From the NCBI RefSeq assembly GCF_009914755.1, contig NC_060941.1: a stretch of DNA of 64,000 bases; one strand, 5' to 3'. Source of the stretch: the human T2T-CHM13v2.0 reference genome, Homo sapiens. The position numbers were made by a program, and so were the translations under genes. Below, one piece after another: positions 29,579 to 53,087 of this stretch. Under the pieces are notes generated by a model. That model did not search any database. It saw only the letters and a list, made by a program, of their open reading frames with translations, and had not been told where the DNA came from. The stretch's first letter is position 1. The number at the start of each line of letters is the position of its first letter.

Positions 29579-29962
29579 AGGCTTTTTAAAATACCATCTT
29601 TTCTTACCCAGTCTTCCATTTGAGTCTTCACAGGTAATAATATACCTGGCAGGCAGAAGGAACAGCATGAGCAAAGAATTGGCAACATGAATGAGTGTGG
29701 TTTGCTTGCGGAAGATTAAGAAGGTTGATGAATGTGTGTGTAGGAGATGGTGAAAAAGGTGAAAGATAAGCTATAAAATTTATTGAAGATTTTTTATGCC
29801 ATGATAAAGTGTTTCCAACTTACCCTCTAGTCAAAAAGAAGTCACTGGAAATTAATAAGTAAAGAAACAGCACTAACAGATTGTTTTCCTGGCAGTGATT
29901 ATTTAATAGCCATCTATACCTTTGCGTCTGCGAGTACTTTTTACCTGGACTTTTCTTTATTC

Positions 29963-30270
29963 TTTTTTTTTTTTCTTTTTGAGACAGCGTCTCACTCTGT
30001 TACCCAGGCTGCAGTACAGTGGACTGATCTTGGCCCACGGCAGCCTCAATCTCCTAGGCTCAAGCAATCCTCCTGCCCCAGCCTCCTGAGAAGCTGGGAC
30101 TACAGGCACAAGCCACCATGCATGGCTAATTTTTTTTTTTTTTTTTTTTTAGTAGCTAGGAGGTCTCACTTTGCTGTCCAGACTGGTCTCAAACTCCCGA
30201 GCTCAAGTGATCCTCTTGACTTGGCTTCCCAAAGTGCTGGGATTACAGGCGTGAGCTACTATGCCCAGCC
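29963..30270 (-). mobile_element. AluJ
   Basis: Alu similarity; flanking near-identical GACTyTTCTTTATTCTTT. Confidence 0.9.
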
Positions 30271-33240
30271 TGACTCTTCTTTATTCTTTACATAGAACTT
30301 TCTATCACATGATTTGTTTTGATTCTCACAATTAGCCTATGAAGAATGCAGAATAGGTATTATTATCTCCATTATATGAACTTCAAAACTGAGGCTCAGT
30401 AAGGTTAAATAATTTGTCCAATGTCACTTGGCTAAGTGACAAACTTTGGAAGAGAACCCACATTTCCCTGACTCCCTGTTTTCTCTTCTTCCTACCCCCT
30501 GTTGCCTAACTTGACCTGGGCAAATGTCAAAGTAAAGAAAACAAAACGAATCAAAATCCCTGTGCGTTTTCCAGTGAGCTGTAGCCAAGCCGAGTGAATT
30601 TTCTGTCTCTTGAATTCTAGGTGCTGAGAACTGATTGGCATCATCATCTTTTGAGAAATTAAACTTTAGTCATAAAATTTCTATTTGAACTAAAATTATA
30701 TGACTCAGATATCTTTTGATTTAAACCTAATGACAGCAAATTGCTTCATAGTGGGAGTACAGTAATTCTGGATAGGCATGAGTTTTGTATTTTAAAATGA
30801 AACGCAGTTTTTGAATTGCAATGAACAAGAGAATGTAATTAGTCCCAATTGCCAAATCAGAAATTCTGCCAGGAATTTCAAGAAAGGAAAAAAAGAATGG
30901 AATCATGTTCAACATCAATGCCAGGGAAAGAATGCTTCCAGAGGCTCGAGGACTCTCCATGGGAAATCAGTTCCCTCCAGTTCCTTATATCTCCACAGCC
31001 GTACCTTTCATCAACACTGAGCATTTCCTCGATTTTAAAATTCCTGGTTTGGTATTCTGTTTTCCTTTATTAAAACTCCTGTCATTGCTCTAAAATCCCC
31101 ACCTCCGTTTATAAAGTCTGAATGTATGAAGGTCGTGAGGATTTTGTTTTCCAATGGTATCCGATTTTTCCTTTAACGTAACCAGTGAGGAGGAATAGAA
31201 TAAGGGCTGGACTGGGGCGGCTGGCATCCGAAGTGCTTGCTTGTGAGCTTTTCTTTATCGCTTGTTTGTTTCCTGGATGTCTGTCTAAGGAGATGCCAGA
31301 GTCTGTGTCCTGATAACTTACTGGGTCTGTAAAGTGACTGCTGATGAGAAGCTTCCCCACCACCCCACCATGATTACACTGAAATTCAGAATTCTACCAG
31401 AAGACAATTTTCTCAGTTCATCACCCTTCCAAGGACATTACATAGGTCTCACTTTCTCAGAGTGAGCAACAGCAAAGCAACATAGAAAGAAGGCACATCA
31501 GGCTTCCATCCCTTCCAATTTATATTACTTTGTTTCTCAACTGGCTTTTAAGCTATTGCAAGTATGTATTAATATCGTCTCTCTTTGCAAAACTGCTTAG
31601 GTCTGAAGACTTGAAAACAAAAACATAGGAATATATATATTTCTTCCAAAGCAAAAGATACATATGTTTTCTTCTCAAGCAATAAAATATTGGGGATAGG
31701 TGTCAAAGCATCACATGATTCTAGTGTCTTATTAAAATTGGTATTTTTCTAGATCCCAGGAGTTCTATGAATAGACAGTAGCATTTCTCTTCATTCTCAG
31801 TGCCAGCTATGTCTACCTGGAAGAAGAGATATACACTTAAAGCTGGTGGCAAAGGCTACTGAATTGGTTTATAGGAGAATTCCACTTTGATTATTTTGTT
31901 TAGACTTTTTTTGAAAATATTTTATAATCTGTTAAGATTCAACAACATCAGGGAAAAAAAGATCTCAAAAGCGCTATGCTTTACTCAATTTCAGATAATT
32001 ATGTTAAAAATTGTTTAGAACTACAATCAGAGGAAGGTTCTAACTAATTTTTAACAAAATAAAGTCCAACAAGTAGAATTCCATAGAACTGGCTCATTGG
32101 CATTTAGCATATGTTAAGAGACAGAATTGTTTTATTTGAAATTGTCATATTTCACCATCCTCAACATTAGGTGAATTTTTTTTAAAGTTTCAGTGATCCC
32201 AAATGAATTTCTGATTTTCAGTAGAAAATTGCTAAACCTTCATGTTGTCTAGAAAATGTCTCTAATTTGAAATTAAAGATTTTACTAAAAATAAAGAAAT
32301 AATAAAAAAAAAATAGGTTTTTTTTTTATTTTTTTACCTAAGCTTTCTCTCTTTCATTATTCTTACTTGGCTTGAAAGATGCTGCTTTATGCCCAGCCAA
32401 AAATATGAAAGATTCAAATACAAAGCATTTAAGTACTGAGCATATTGCAGTATGTGATGCTGGCCTCACCATCCTATTGGCTCCTATCCACAAGAATTCA
32501 AAATGGAAAATGTACCTAATGACGGTTTATGCATAACTTCTGGGAAATCTCTTTAGATTTAATTTTTTAGAATTTAACCCTATTCGTCATTTCATATAAG
32601 TGGTCCCAAAGAGATCTCCATAAGTGGCCAGCTTTAATTTGTATGCCTCAGGGGTTCACAGGACTGTAAATGGAAATGAAGGGCTGGCCCTGGTCTCAAA
32701 ATGACAGCTTGCTTGCTTACAGGCAGGATATGGTAGTTCAAAATTAGCCACAATTATCAGAGTCATGCGTTCTACCTCCTGCTTATTTAGCAACCTGAGT
32801 CCCTCAGTCTAAACCTGAAAGGTTATTCTAACTGCATCTGATCAAATATATTAGCTGAATTAGATTTAATCCATTGCTCAACACCAGCTCCTTCCATAGC
32901 ATTAGACAAATGGTCTAAGTGTCTTTTCTTCCCTACCTGGATAATTAGAGATTATTCTCTTGGGTTCTGTGATGAAATACTAAACTCCTGCTTTTGTTGC
33001 CTCTACCCAAGGGCTTAGGGCTTTTTCCTGTGCTCGTGGCTGGGGAAAGTAGCCCTTTCTTTCTCTTGTACTTCCCTTGTGTCTACAGCAACACACCCTT
33101 AAATACTTATCTTGTTTGAATGGGAAAAAAATCCTGTACTACTTGTTGAGATTTATACGTAAAAAATAATATAAGGCCACAGTTACAGGTAGGTAAAGTG
33201 GCTCCATAATCTAGCTTTTTGTAGTACAGAGAATAAACAC

Positions 33241-33280
33241 AGAGATACCCTGAAACAAGATCTTGTTTCAGGGTATCTCT
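33241..33280. repeat. Perfect 40-bp palindrome
   Basis: AGAGATACCCTGAAACAAGA is followed directly by its reverse complement TCTTGTTTCAGGGTATCTCT. Confidence 0.97.
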
Positions 33281-35236
33281 ATTCGGCCACCTGGCTTACT
33301 TCTCCAATCAGTCTAATCTAGATAGTTTTCTGATCAGTTTTGAGAAGGAGATAATATTAGTCTAACCCCTTTTACAGATGAGAAAGAATTTATGAGTTAG
33401 GCTTTTGTGTCTGACTTATGCTCTTCCCTCTATAGTTATATATTAAAATCCTATTAAAATAATTTAAAGTGAGTTAATATATGTAAAGCATTCAGAGCAG
33501 TACCTGTACCTGGTACATGATACTATATAAACATTTGCTCTTATTTTGAGTTTGTTTGTTTGTTTTAAGAAACTGGGTCTCCCTGTGTTGCCCAGGCTGG
33601 TCTTGAACTCCTGGCTTCAAGCAATCCTCCTGCCTTGGCCTCCCATTCTAACTCCTTTGTGAAGTCTTCCCTGTTCTCATCTGGCCACTCCTCTCTCTGT
33701 ATAATCAGGTGCTTCTTGGACTTGTTTTCCATAAACTTACACTGTATTTAATTGCTTCTATTGCTGTCTCCCTCACTAGACAGTAAGCTATTTGAAGGCA
33801 AGAACCATGACTTTTCTTTGTATTGTCTTCCTCTTCAGTGCCAATCATATTACTTTCAGGCATTACATCCTTTAAAAAGTGTTCATTGGTTTAGTTGCAC
33901 TGATGATCTTCAAAACCGGTGGGAAGTTATTCACCAGTGTAGGCTTTGCTCTTAGACCTGCCTACAAATACTAAGAGACGTTAAATTAGTTTCTCTATGG
34001 TGTAAATTGGGGTTGTGATAAAATTAAGCAAGTGGCACGGTCAAATGGCAGGGACCAGAAAAAGGGTAATTGCAAAACAGTAATCAAAAATTGCACAAAC
34101 AATGGGATTAATTTAGATTGGAACTCACTAAAGCAGCAGGCAGACTGAGCCTCAAAATTAGGGACAAGGATCTATACTAGGTAAGGGAATAGGGCAAGCT
34201 GAAGCATGGTTCAGACCCCATCCACAGATAGCTGCAATCTTAAGAAGGTATCTGAAATGGCTTCTAAGTGTTGCATTGACAGGTGACTGTGGGATCGGAG
34301 ATCAAAAGATCACAGTCTCTTAACTAGGACGGATAAGTCTTTCCACATTCGTTTTGTCCCCAACATGTTTGTTAAAAGATCTCAGCTTATTAGAGTAGTT
34401 CCCATTTATCCAGGCTCATCTTCACAAATGTACCTTCCAGAGCTGTGTCCAGATAATAGTGCTATGTCTTCAAAGAGGATCACAGATTTAATCATCACTT
34501 AATTAGAGAACCAATTCCAATTTTCTAAATACTACAGGATTTTCCACGTTGAATTTGTTCTCTGGAACTCCTAATGGCTGGGCTTTTGACCAGAGTACAA
34601 ATAGCATTCACCCTTAATGCTCACGAAGTGGAACATTAGATGCCCAGCTCTCTAGATGTTGTTTGGTTGCAGATGGCAGGTCCTTAAGTCTAAAAGTTAT
34701 CCCTCTCAATGGTGTACCCCTATGCAATAGCACATGCTTCTGACCTCAAATTCCACAGTACTGCTTACTTGGATCAGAGAAGGAAGAAAAGGAAGGGAGA
34801 AAGGGAGGACATTGTGTAGGAAGGAAAGTTTAATAATGAGTTTGGTGGGGCAGACAACAGAAAATGCTGTCTAGACTTAGAGGTCGCTGAGAAGCTGAAT
34901 TTAATAGTTTTGATAATAGGAGAACTAAAGAAGATGTCTTTCAGTCTTTAAGAGAGTTAAAGAGGGCTCTAAGTGCAGGAGGTTAGTATGCACTTGGGAC
35001 TATACTTTATCTTGTCCCAAAATTGATTTTTCATTTGTAGAAGGGTGTGCCCCCCAACAATTGAATTGTTTTCAGCTAGAAAGTCTGCAAAGAGCTCAGG
35101 TCCTTGAGTAAAGATGTTTTTTATGTTTCTATCATTTGGACTCTTAACTGTTAAAGAGGGTTAACCAGATATTTGTGTTTGTAAAGTCCAAGAACTCTAT
35201 TGTCTGAGAAAGGGAGTCATCCTAGACTTCCCCCTC

Positions 35237-36317
<1,081 letters not shown>

Positions 36318-36636
36318 AAGCTTTTTTTTTGATAGGCAATCTTTTCTTACCCAGACCACTGCAAGAGCATTCATGCTTCCACTATTGTCATCCTCAAATC
36401 TAATCCATTTTCCATATTGCAAGCACATCGATCTTTTAAAATTCAAATCTAATCATGATATTCTTCAGTCTAAAACTCTTGCTTCCCACTGCTCTTAGAA
36501 GAAAATAAAAAATCCTTAAGAAGGCCTGTAACATGTTTCGCAATCTGGCCCTGGTGACCCCTCCAGCCTTGTTTTACTATATTCTCCCCGCCGGCTCACT
36601 GAGCTCCAGCAACTCTGGCCTCCTTTTCATTTCTCT

Positions 36637-36937
36637 CTTTTTTTTTTTTTTTTTTTTGAGATGGAGTCTCACTCTGTCGCCCAGGCTGGAGTGCAGTGGC
36701 GCGATCTCGGCTCCCCGCAACCTCCACCTCCTGGGTTCAAGTGATTCTCCTGCCTCAGCCTCCTGAGTAGCTGGGATTACAGGTGCATGTCACCACGCCT
36801 GGCTAATTTTTGTATTTTTAGTAGAGACGGAGTTTCACCATGTTGGTCAGGCTGGTCTCGAACTCCTGACCTTGTGATCCATCTGCCTCGGCCTCCCAAA
36901 GTGCTGGCATTACAGGCCTCAGCCACCGTGCCCGGCC
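36637..36937 (-). mobile_element. AluS
   Basis: Alu similarity; TSD CTTTTCATTTCT. Confidence 0.9.
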
Positions 36938-37089
36938 CTTTTCATTTCTTGAACACACTAAGCTTTTTCCTATCTCAGGGGCCTCAAAAATACAGCTCCT
37001 TCCACCCAGGCTACTTCTACCCTGCCAATTATCTGCCTGCCTGTCTACTCTTCCCGTCTCACCTAAAGTGTCACTAAGGGATGCCCTTT

Positions 37090-37409
<320 letters not shown>

Positions 37410-38426
37410 CTAATCTAAACACTACTCTTTTCCTTCAGAATAGTTATAATTTTTACATACCTATTTTTAAAATTATTCAGATAATGTCTATCCGTGTACA
37501 TGACAAGGTACAGTCAATGTCCCAATGCTTGTTAGCTTCAAGAGAATGGGAATCACGTCTGCTTTGCTCACCACTCCATACTGAGTGGATTGCTAGCACC
37601 CAGTAGTGTGCCTGACTTATAAAAGTCCTTTAAGAAGCATCTCAATTCAGATGGCTGAATGAATGGATGGGAGTCATCACATCATAATTTCTTCTCCTAC
37701 CCTCACCATTACTTCCTATACTAAATCAATTACTCAATCAGCAAATCTTTCATTCAGTCTCTAAAGTACGCCTCTCTTATCATTGCTACAGTTTAGTTCA
37801 GACTCTTATCATTTCTCCCCTGGGCCTTTGCAATAACTTCCTAACTAGTCCTCTTGTCCCCAGTCTTGTCCTTCTCTCACCTTTCACACTGCAGCTGGAG
37901 TGATCTCCCGAAATCACAAATCTGATCGTATCGCCTCTTTACTTACAGTGCTTTGGTAGCTTCTCATCATCTGCAGAATGAAGGCCAAATTCCTCATACA
38001 AAGCCCTAAGTGACTTGGTTCTCTATATATCTCTAGCTTCTTTCCCCTACTACTCTCTACTTTTAACTTGTGCTCTCTTTCTTTTCCTTTGCAGTTCGCT
38101 TGGCCTACGACACTGGTGACACTGTTCTTCACCTCACCAACTCTAACATCCCACAGTGCCCCGTGTCCTAGCACAGTTTATTATGTTGTGTTGAACTTTA
38201 TCTGTTTATGTGTCTGCCTCCATCATTACAATGAAAGTTCCTTGAGGACATGAACTATGTGTTATTCATATTTCTATTATCCTTGTAGGGCCTTTTTCAA
38301 CCTGCAAGTTGCAATCTAGTCGTTGGTCATTAAATCAAATTAGTGGGTTATGGCTAGTATTAGTTTTTAAAAATTATGTGGAAGAGAAGAGAAAGTGTCA
38401 GACTATACCACATATAGTAAGGGTAA

Positions 38427-38840
<414 letters not shown>

Positions 38841-39089
38841 TAAATAAGCATGTGAACTAGTTCCCTATGTACAATGTATTTCTTGCCATAAGATTATAGT
38901 AAAAATTTATTTTCTGAAGAACATTATTCTAATATCTAGAATATAGAAGGAGCTAAATAACTACCCATCTTAAATCTTTTTGGAATGAAGTAGAGGGGAA
39001 AACAAATGTGTCTGAATAAACCTAACCTCAGTGAGCTCATGATTTCTCCTGCTTATCTGACTTCTTACTCTTCAATGCCCAAATTATTT

Positions 39090-42105
<3,016 letters not shown>

Positions 42106-42106
42106 A

Positions 42107-44916
<2,810 letters not shown>

Positions 44917-47522
44917 GAATTTTGTAATAAAATTCTTAATAAAACTCGTTTCTACCTGGGTTTTTAAATGTTCTAATTTGTTCATTAAAGCTTTTAGAAA
45001 GTGCTGCTCCTATTGAAAAGTCAGGAATAATTTTCCTGAATGGTGATTTTTTTCCCGCTTTCTAGGCAGTGGTTCCTAACCAAAGAGTTTTGAGCATGAA
45101 AAGTACAAGAGCTTGTATAACCAGCTCTGAGTAAAATACATCTATCATCACTTCGTGAGATGACTTCCCACTAAACAAACACCTGGGCTAAGAAAATTAA
45201 TGGATAAACCAATATTGCAAGCCTGGGCTACATTCATATGTATTGGATTAGTTTATATTCACATCATTATTTCTTGTTGAAAAGTATTCCACTTAAATAG
45301 TTTAAAAATTTGCTTCCACGAGATATTGTCATATTTAAACATACACTGAACATACTCTGGATAATGTTACATAAAAGTTGTGAAACTCTGTAATCATTTT
45401 TGAAAGGATACTGTATAATAATTAATTATGCTGTATATTTACGCATGAAAACAAAGCACTGTAAGGGACACTAGTTGTTAGAGTGATATGTCTCAAAGCG
45501 AATCATCTTCAAATTGTAAAAATTCACACTGGGGAATGTTGGCAAGATCAAGACATTATTAAAGATAATAATAAGTTATATATCAAATGTGAACTGCATC
45601 ATTTCTCTGCACCAAATTTTACCACACAGCTGCCTATGACAATTTAAACAAAACACCCAAACACATTATAAATCATGCATCCCCCCAACACCCTCTTAAG
45701 CAAAAACATCTACCAAGTATACAATCAAATTAAAACCGTAGGAGAGATTTATTAGCTTGTAGATGTTCCTAATTATTCGAAAAACTTGTCTGACGTTCAA
45801 TAGCAACATCATTCAAGAGCACAGTTCAATCTTAGGAAAGGGAATCCAGTCATGAAACTGATCGTAGAGAATGTTTATTAAGTCTGTGTTCCAGGGCAAA
45901 GCAAACTTTTGGGAAATAGGCTGGGTTTTATTCTATAATGCACACAATAGGTCTCCGTCTTTGCCGCTATCTAGAAGGCTTGCTACACACAGGAGATACA
46001 GTCATACAGCACGTATACCAGGAAAGGGGCAACAAGGAGGGAAAGGGGGTAAGATTTATTACCTTCAATTATTTTTGTTCCAAACTTTCCTCAGGGCACA
46101 GGCACATAATATATCGTACTTTCCATTACTTAGTACAAATGTAAAACATATCTAAAAAACACATTTCATCTTCATAACATATTAAAATAACAAGTGGGAT
46201 GTCGTGACGTTAAATTGACAGATGGACTGTCATTTAGCAGTGTTGTACAACATGAGTTAACAGCAAATTAATATCATCATATCCAATTTTTCTTAACAGC
46301 TAGAAGCTATCAGATTGGAAAAAAATTAGTAAACAAATCTTTGATTTGTTTTGGGGGCGAAATAGCTAAAATATGCAAATGCGATTCACATATAATTTTA
46401 AAATAGCTACCTTTTACAAACTTAAAGACAAATGGTAAATAGTCCAAAAACTCTGATCTCAGAATCCGCCCCCCCCCCAACTTTATTGTTCACTAAGGTA
46501 TTGATTTTTTCTGACAAGTTCGCATGTACATTATGAATTGACTCATAAAAATTTTCAGCATATTGTACTGGGTTTATTATAGCCATCCTTACTATATATT
46601 AAGGCCAGTATCTTTTCATCAACACCAGCTGTTAAGCAAACTCAAGTGACACAGTAGATTCATGATTAGTTCACAGAAAAGAAAGCAAAAATAGAGTGAC
46701 ATAAATTTAATTTCATTACACTTTGGCATTTAAAGCCATATTTTATACCCCACTGACCACAAAGGACTTCTCTATTGTAAAAAAATCTTGCTCTATACAA
46801 TGCTAATAACAACACCATTTACCAAATGCAGGTTCATTTTAGTTTAAATTCTTTATCAAATTTTGATATATCCGAAATAATTTTAATAGTACTGAAATAA
46901 TATGAGAAAATTATGTCTTGCAAATTTATCCTCACTGATAAGTTAAGGGATTCTGCAGGTCATTTCTGTTAATATTTTTTTCTTTACCTAGTGCATAAAG
47001 GGTAGGAACAAAAGAAGAAAGAAAACTTCCAGCCTGATATCAGGGTTTGAGTCAAAACATCAGCTTAACTTTATCTGGCTCTTGGAGCAGTAGCTGGAAG
47101 GGTCGCAAAAACGTGGCTTTAAATCTTTAGTAGCTACATTCTAGAAAAACATAAAGCAGTGATGTTATAACATTAAATTGACCTGCTTCTTATATACTTT
47201 TTAGCAAATAAGTTATAATTTCCTAGTGGAAACAAGAAAGACCTGATTTCAGGAATGATTGTATGAAACTTTAGGAAGGAATTTACATGCTTTTTGTTTA
47301 AAACCTGTGAATTCTACTTCCTTTGAAGAGCTAACTCATTCCACACCAATACCATATAACTTATTTCTCCAGGTTTTTTATGTATGTTAATTTGGTCATC
47401 CCAAGTGGATTTTATATTCCTTGAAACCAGGGGCCATGGCTTAAGCTTCCTCTTTATTCCCTTATTAGCATAGTGCTAAGCAAATAGTATGTACTCAATA
47501 AATACCTGATTGTGAAATTCTA

Positions 47523-47870
<348 letters not shown>

Positions 47871-48035
47871 CTAGCTGTATTTGTGTTACCCTCATAGTCC
47901 AATTTTACTAGCTGTCTGTCTGCCTTTTCTGTTTATGACTTATTCTGAGTCTCATTTTTTCTTCATTTTATCTGTTACTCACCCTACCACCCTGAACTTC
48001 TCTTTTTCTTTCTCTTCCCACTCCCAGGAGATACT

Positions 48036-48135
48036 ATCTGTCCAAGTACATATATATATATACACACATGCGCACACACACACACACATATATATATCCA
48101 AGTACATATATATGAGTACATATATATACACATAC
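48036..48135. repeat. (TA)/(CA) low-complexity repeat with a recurring AGTACATATATAT unit
   Basis: Read directly. Confidence 0.8.
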
Positions 48136-48269
48136 AATCGTAAATATGCAACATACTTTAGAAATTATGTAATATTATAATTTTATATGTTGATAATTTA
48201 GAGTTTTATATATAAACAATAAGTATACTTTGTTCCTATCTTATTGGTTTAAAAGAAAGCTAGAAAACA

Positions 48270-48580
48270 GGCTGGGTTCAGTGGCTCACGCCTGTAATCC
48301 CAGCGCTTTGGGAGGCCAAGGAGGGTGGATCATTTGAGGTAAGAAGTTCAGAGACCAGCCTGGCCAACATGGTGAAACCCTGTCTCTACTAAAAATACAA
48401 AAATTAGTGGGGTGGCGGTGGCGCGCACCTATAATCCCAGCTACTCAGGAGGCTGAGGTGGGAGGATTGCTTGAACCCAGGAGGTCGAGGGTGCAGTAAG
48501 CCAAGATTGCGCCACTGCACCCCATCCTGGGCAACAGAGTGAGACCCTGTCTCAAAAAAAAGAAAAGAAAAGAAAAAGAA
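48270..48580 (+). mobile_element. AluS/J
   Basis: Alu similarity with an (AAAAG)n tail. Confidence 0.88.
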
Positions 48581-49392
48581 AGCCAGATTTTTTAGGTTAT
48601 CTTAAATTGATTTTTCTCCCTAAAATAACTGATCGTTTCTTCTAGTGGTTTGTCTACATTATCCCAAAATACAGCAATAATTTCAATCAAGTATCACATT
48701 CTCTACTTAAAATATTTAATTCTACTAATTTCTTGAAAATGTATTTTGCAGTATTTGCCAGTTCCATTGGAAGAAAGTGGTTGTTACTGACAAAAGAGGA
48801 TTTTAAAAAATCATTCTTGATTTTTTATAGTGGTGTTAGCAATCCTATCTCCACTCAATGCTCAGCCATTCCTAGGTTATGAAGCTTTGAGATTTCTGAT
48901 TATTTTGGGAGAAGTACATCTAGTATAGTAATTGATACTACATATAGAATTTAGTAGGAAAACTAAATTCAATTCTTACCCTCGTAATAAAAACAGAATG
49001 GTGGTTCAGTTTCCGTATCTGTAAGATCTGAATTGTGTCATTCATTCATTATTCATAAAGAAATGTATTGTGCCAGTTAGAGTAATATTAACAAAAGGTA
49101 AAAAAAAATCTAGTAATATGATATATGTAATGCAATTATTATACTATTTGAATATCAAAATATTTCAGAAAATTTTATACTGTAATTTGAACTATACTGT
49201 GGATAGGTACTTTGAGCAAAGGCTTATGGAAGGTCAATATTCAGATTTGAGATTTTGGCATTAACAATGTGTGGCTGAAGAAATAAATTAATCTCTGTGT
49301 TAGTAAATTGCAGTAACATAGGTATTTTAAATACAAGTTGGCTAATGGTAACAGTTTTCTATGGTAAAAACTTCCTATTTCAAGTACCCTGA

Positions 49393-49849
<457 letters not shown>

Positions 49850-50117
49850 TAGGCAGTGTGCCCAGAATAGCCCAGAACATTCCATGATCCTGTATCAAAT
49901 AAGTAACTAGTCATTACGAATCTTTAAACTTACCTTAAATGTAGGTGCAGAAAGAAAAAAAAAAGTAACTCCCCCATGAGATTTATCCAGAGTGACTGTC
50001 ATTAATCTACTGATTACCACTGTATGTGAAATTCCATCAGAATTGTCTTTCTAACTATCTGTTTTTTTTTTTTTCCAATGACAAGTATTTGTCATTGTAA
50101 CCATTGTAACAGGCAAC

Positions 50118-51135
<1,018 letters not shown>

Positions 51136-52769
51136 ACAGCAACAAACACTTTTATTTCAAGAATTGTAAACTTTTGGATTTATTTCTACTCTGCTTCCTG
51201 CAATGTGTAACTAAACAATTTAAATAGTTTTTAAAGAAAAGATGTCAGTGATGTCACAACCATTACACCAATTGCTTTTTCTAAAGTTACTTTCATTTTA
51301 ACAAAACAAATTTTTAAAAACCCAAATTATTACCTACTAATAATACATACGCAGAATGCACAGGGCATGAAAATAAAAGCCATCGTGTATGTATTCAAAG
51401 GTCTTTATTACAATAATTTTTATAGAGGTCAAAAGTGAAACCAAACAGACTATGACTTAATGGGAAAGCAAGAGCTAAAATGCCAAGAACTCAAAACACT
51501 AGAAATTTTAGAATATGAACTTTCTGTTTCATGAATGTCTTTATAAAATTGTCTTTGTCAACTATACAATACGAATTCTGCTATTTAAAATAGAATTTAC
51601 ATTAAACTCTAGATAAAAAGCATTCTGCTAATTTTTGTTTTTGCAATAAAAGATGCAGTGCCAGCATGAAAAAGGTTGGATTACAAATTCAGAGAGCCCT
51701 TGAGCACAAGACTGTACTGAGAGTTAAAAATCATCATAAACATTGGTGAATTCCACATGTCTCAAAGAATTATCAATTTTAAAGATGGATGAGAAACGGA
51801 TGAAACATACAGTAAAGTTGCCACAAGGACTAAGTAAAAGTCCTCACCACTATTTTTACTAACACTTAATAGTCAACAGTTCTAAAACATTTGCTAAATG
51901 CACTTACTAGAAACTGAGGGATGTGAAAGTTACTTATAAAAAAGAAATGCTGAAGATTCAGGAAAAAAAAAGGTCAGTTCCTTTCTGATACAATGCATTT
52001 CACAATTTAAATAATTCATCTGGTGGTAAAATCTGAAAAACATATTTTCCAGCACACCTTATCCACTTATCATAGTATAGGAAAATAAGTGGATTTCAAT
52101 TTGGTGATTTAACCTATAGCTTTAAATCTTTAATAAACAAACTTGAAATTCCAAACTTTAATAATGAAAAGGCCATAACTGAAATGATGTCAACCCTGGA
52201 TATGAATCTCTTACCAACATGATGAAAGCCCCACTTGGAGAGCCGCACTTCTGGTCAGCAGCTGCATTTTTGTTTTAATAAAAGGAGAAAGGGTGCCAGC
52301 ACACCAGTGCGATCCAAGACATGGTTACTACATAAGCAGTAGGATTAATTGCTTTTCCAGAAAGCCAGAGTAAGCTCTCCTTCCACTGTCCCATCAGGAT
52401 CAGCTTCCATAAAATGAGTGTAATAAGATAATGTATTACATACGCCAGTAACTCCTACCAGCAGTATTCAGCTGCACAAAGCCATACATATCAATCAATA
52501 AAAACTTCATTGCTACATATATTTCACACACCACATTTTAGCTCTGTCTTTAACGTGCAGATAAGATAGGCTATAAAGAAGCAAAAGTGCATTTTCTTAC
52601 CCCTCAAAGAATCTGTCCACCATTCCTCTACTATCTTCTTGCTAGCAAGATAAAGAGAAATAAATATGTATTAGAGATTTTGGAAAAACAGCTCTAACAA
52701 TATGAAGGATCTGGTTTACAAAAGCTACAAACATTTTAATTAGCACCCAGATGATTAATATATGATTTT

Positions 52770-53087
52770 ATGATTGATGAAATTTGGAGAGATCATTTTA
52801 TTACCCCATGTATAGGCAAGAGAAGGTACATTTAGGTTGTGTTGTACCATGATGATTTCATAGGCTCACACCATCCTTTTGAGGTGAACATGGAGGAAAA
52901 AGTTATTTCTAAACACAGAAGGGAGCATGACAAAGGTTACCCTCCAATCAGAAAAAGAAATATTTTCTTCTAGTTCTACAGTACGGAGCTTACTAAATCA
53001 TTTAGGTTTCTAGACCACAACCTAAATGTATCTTCTCATGGCTATATATGGCATAATCAAATGATCCCTCCAAAACCTATCAATCAT
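52770..53087. repeat. Degenerate inverted repeat with arms at about 52770-52868 and 52986-53087
   Basis: ATGATTGAT...TTTGGAG.GATCATTT.ATTA...GAGAAG.TACATTTAGGTTGTG is present in both orientations. Confidence 0.85.

Noticed and set aside
30727-31363. Cluster of short ORFs and a GGGGCGG box in unique sequence
   Set aside because: No recognisable homology, no CpG island and no splice structure I can support.
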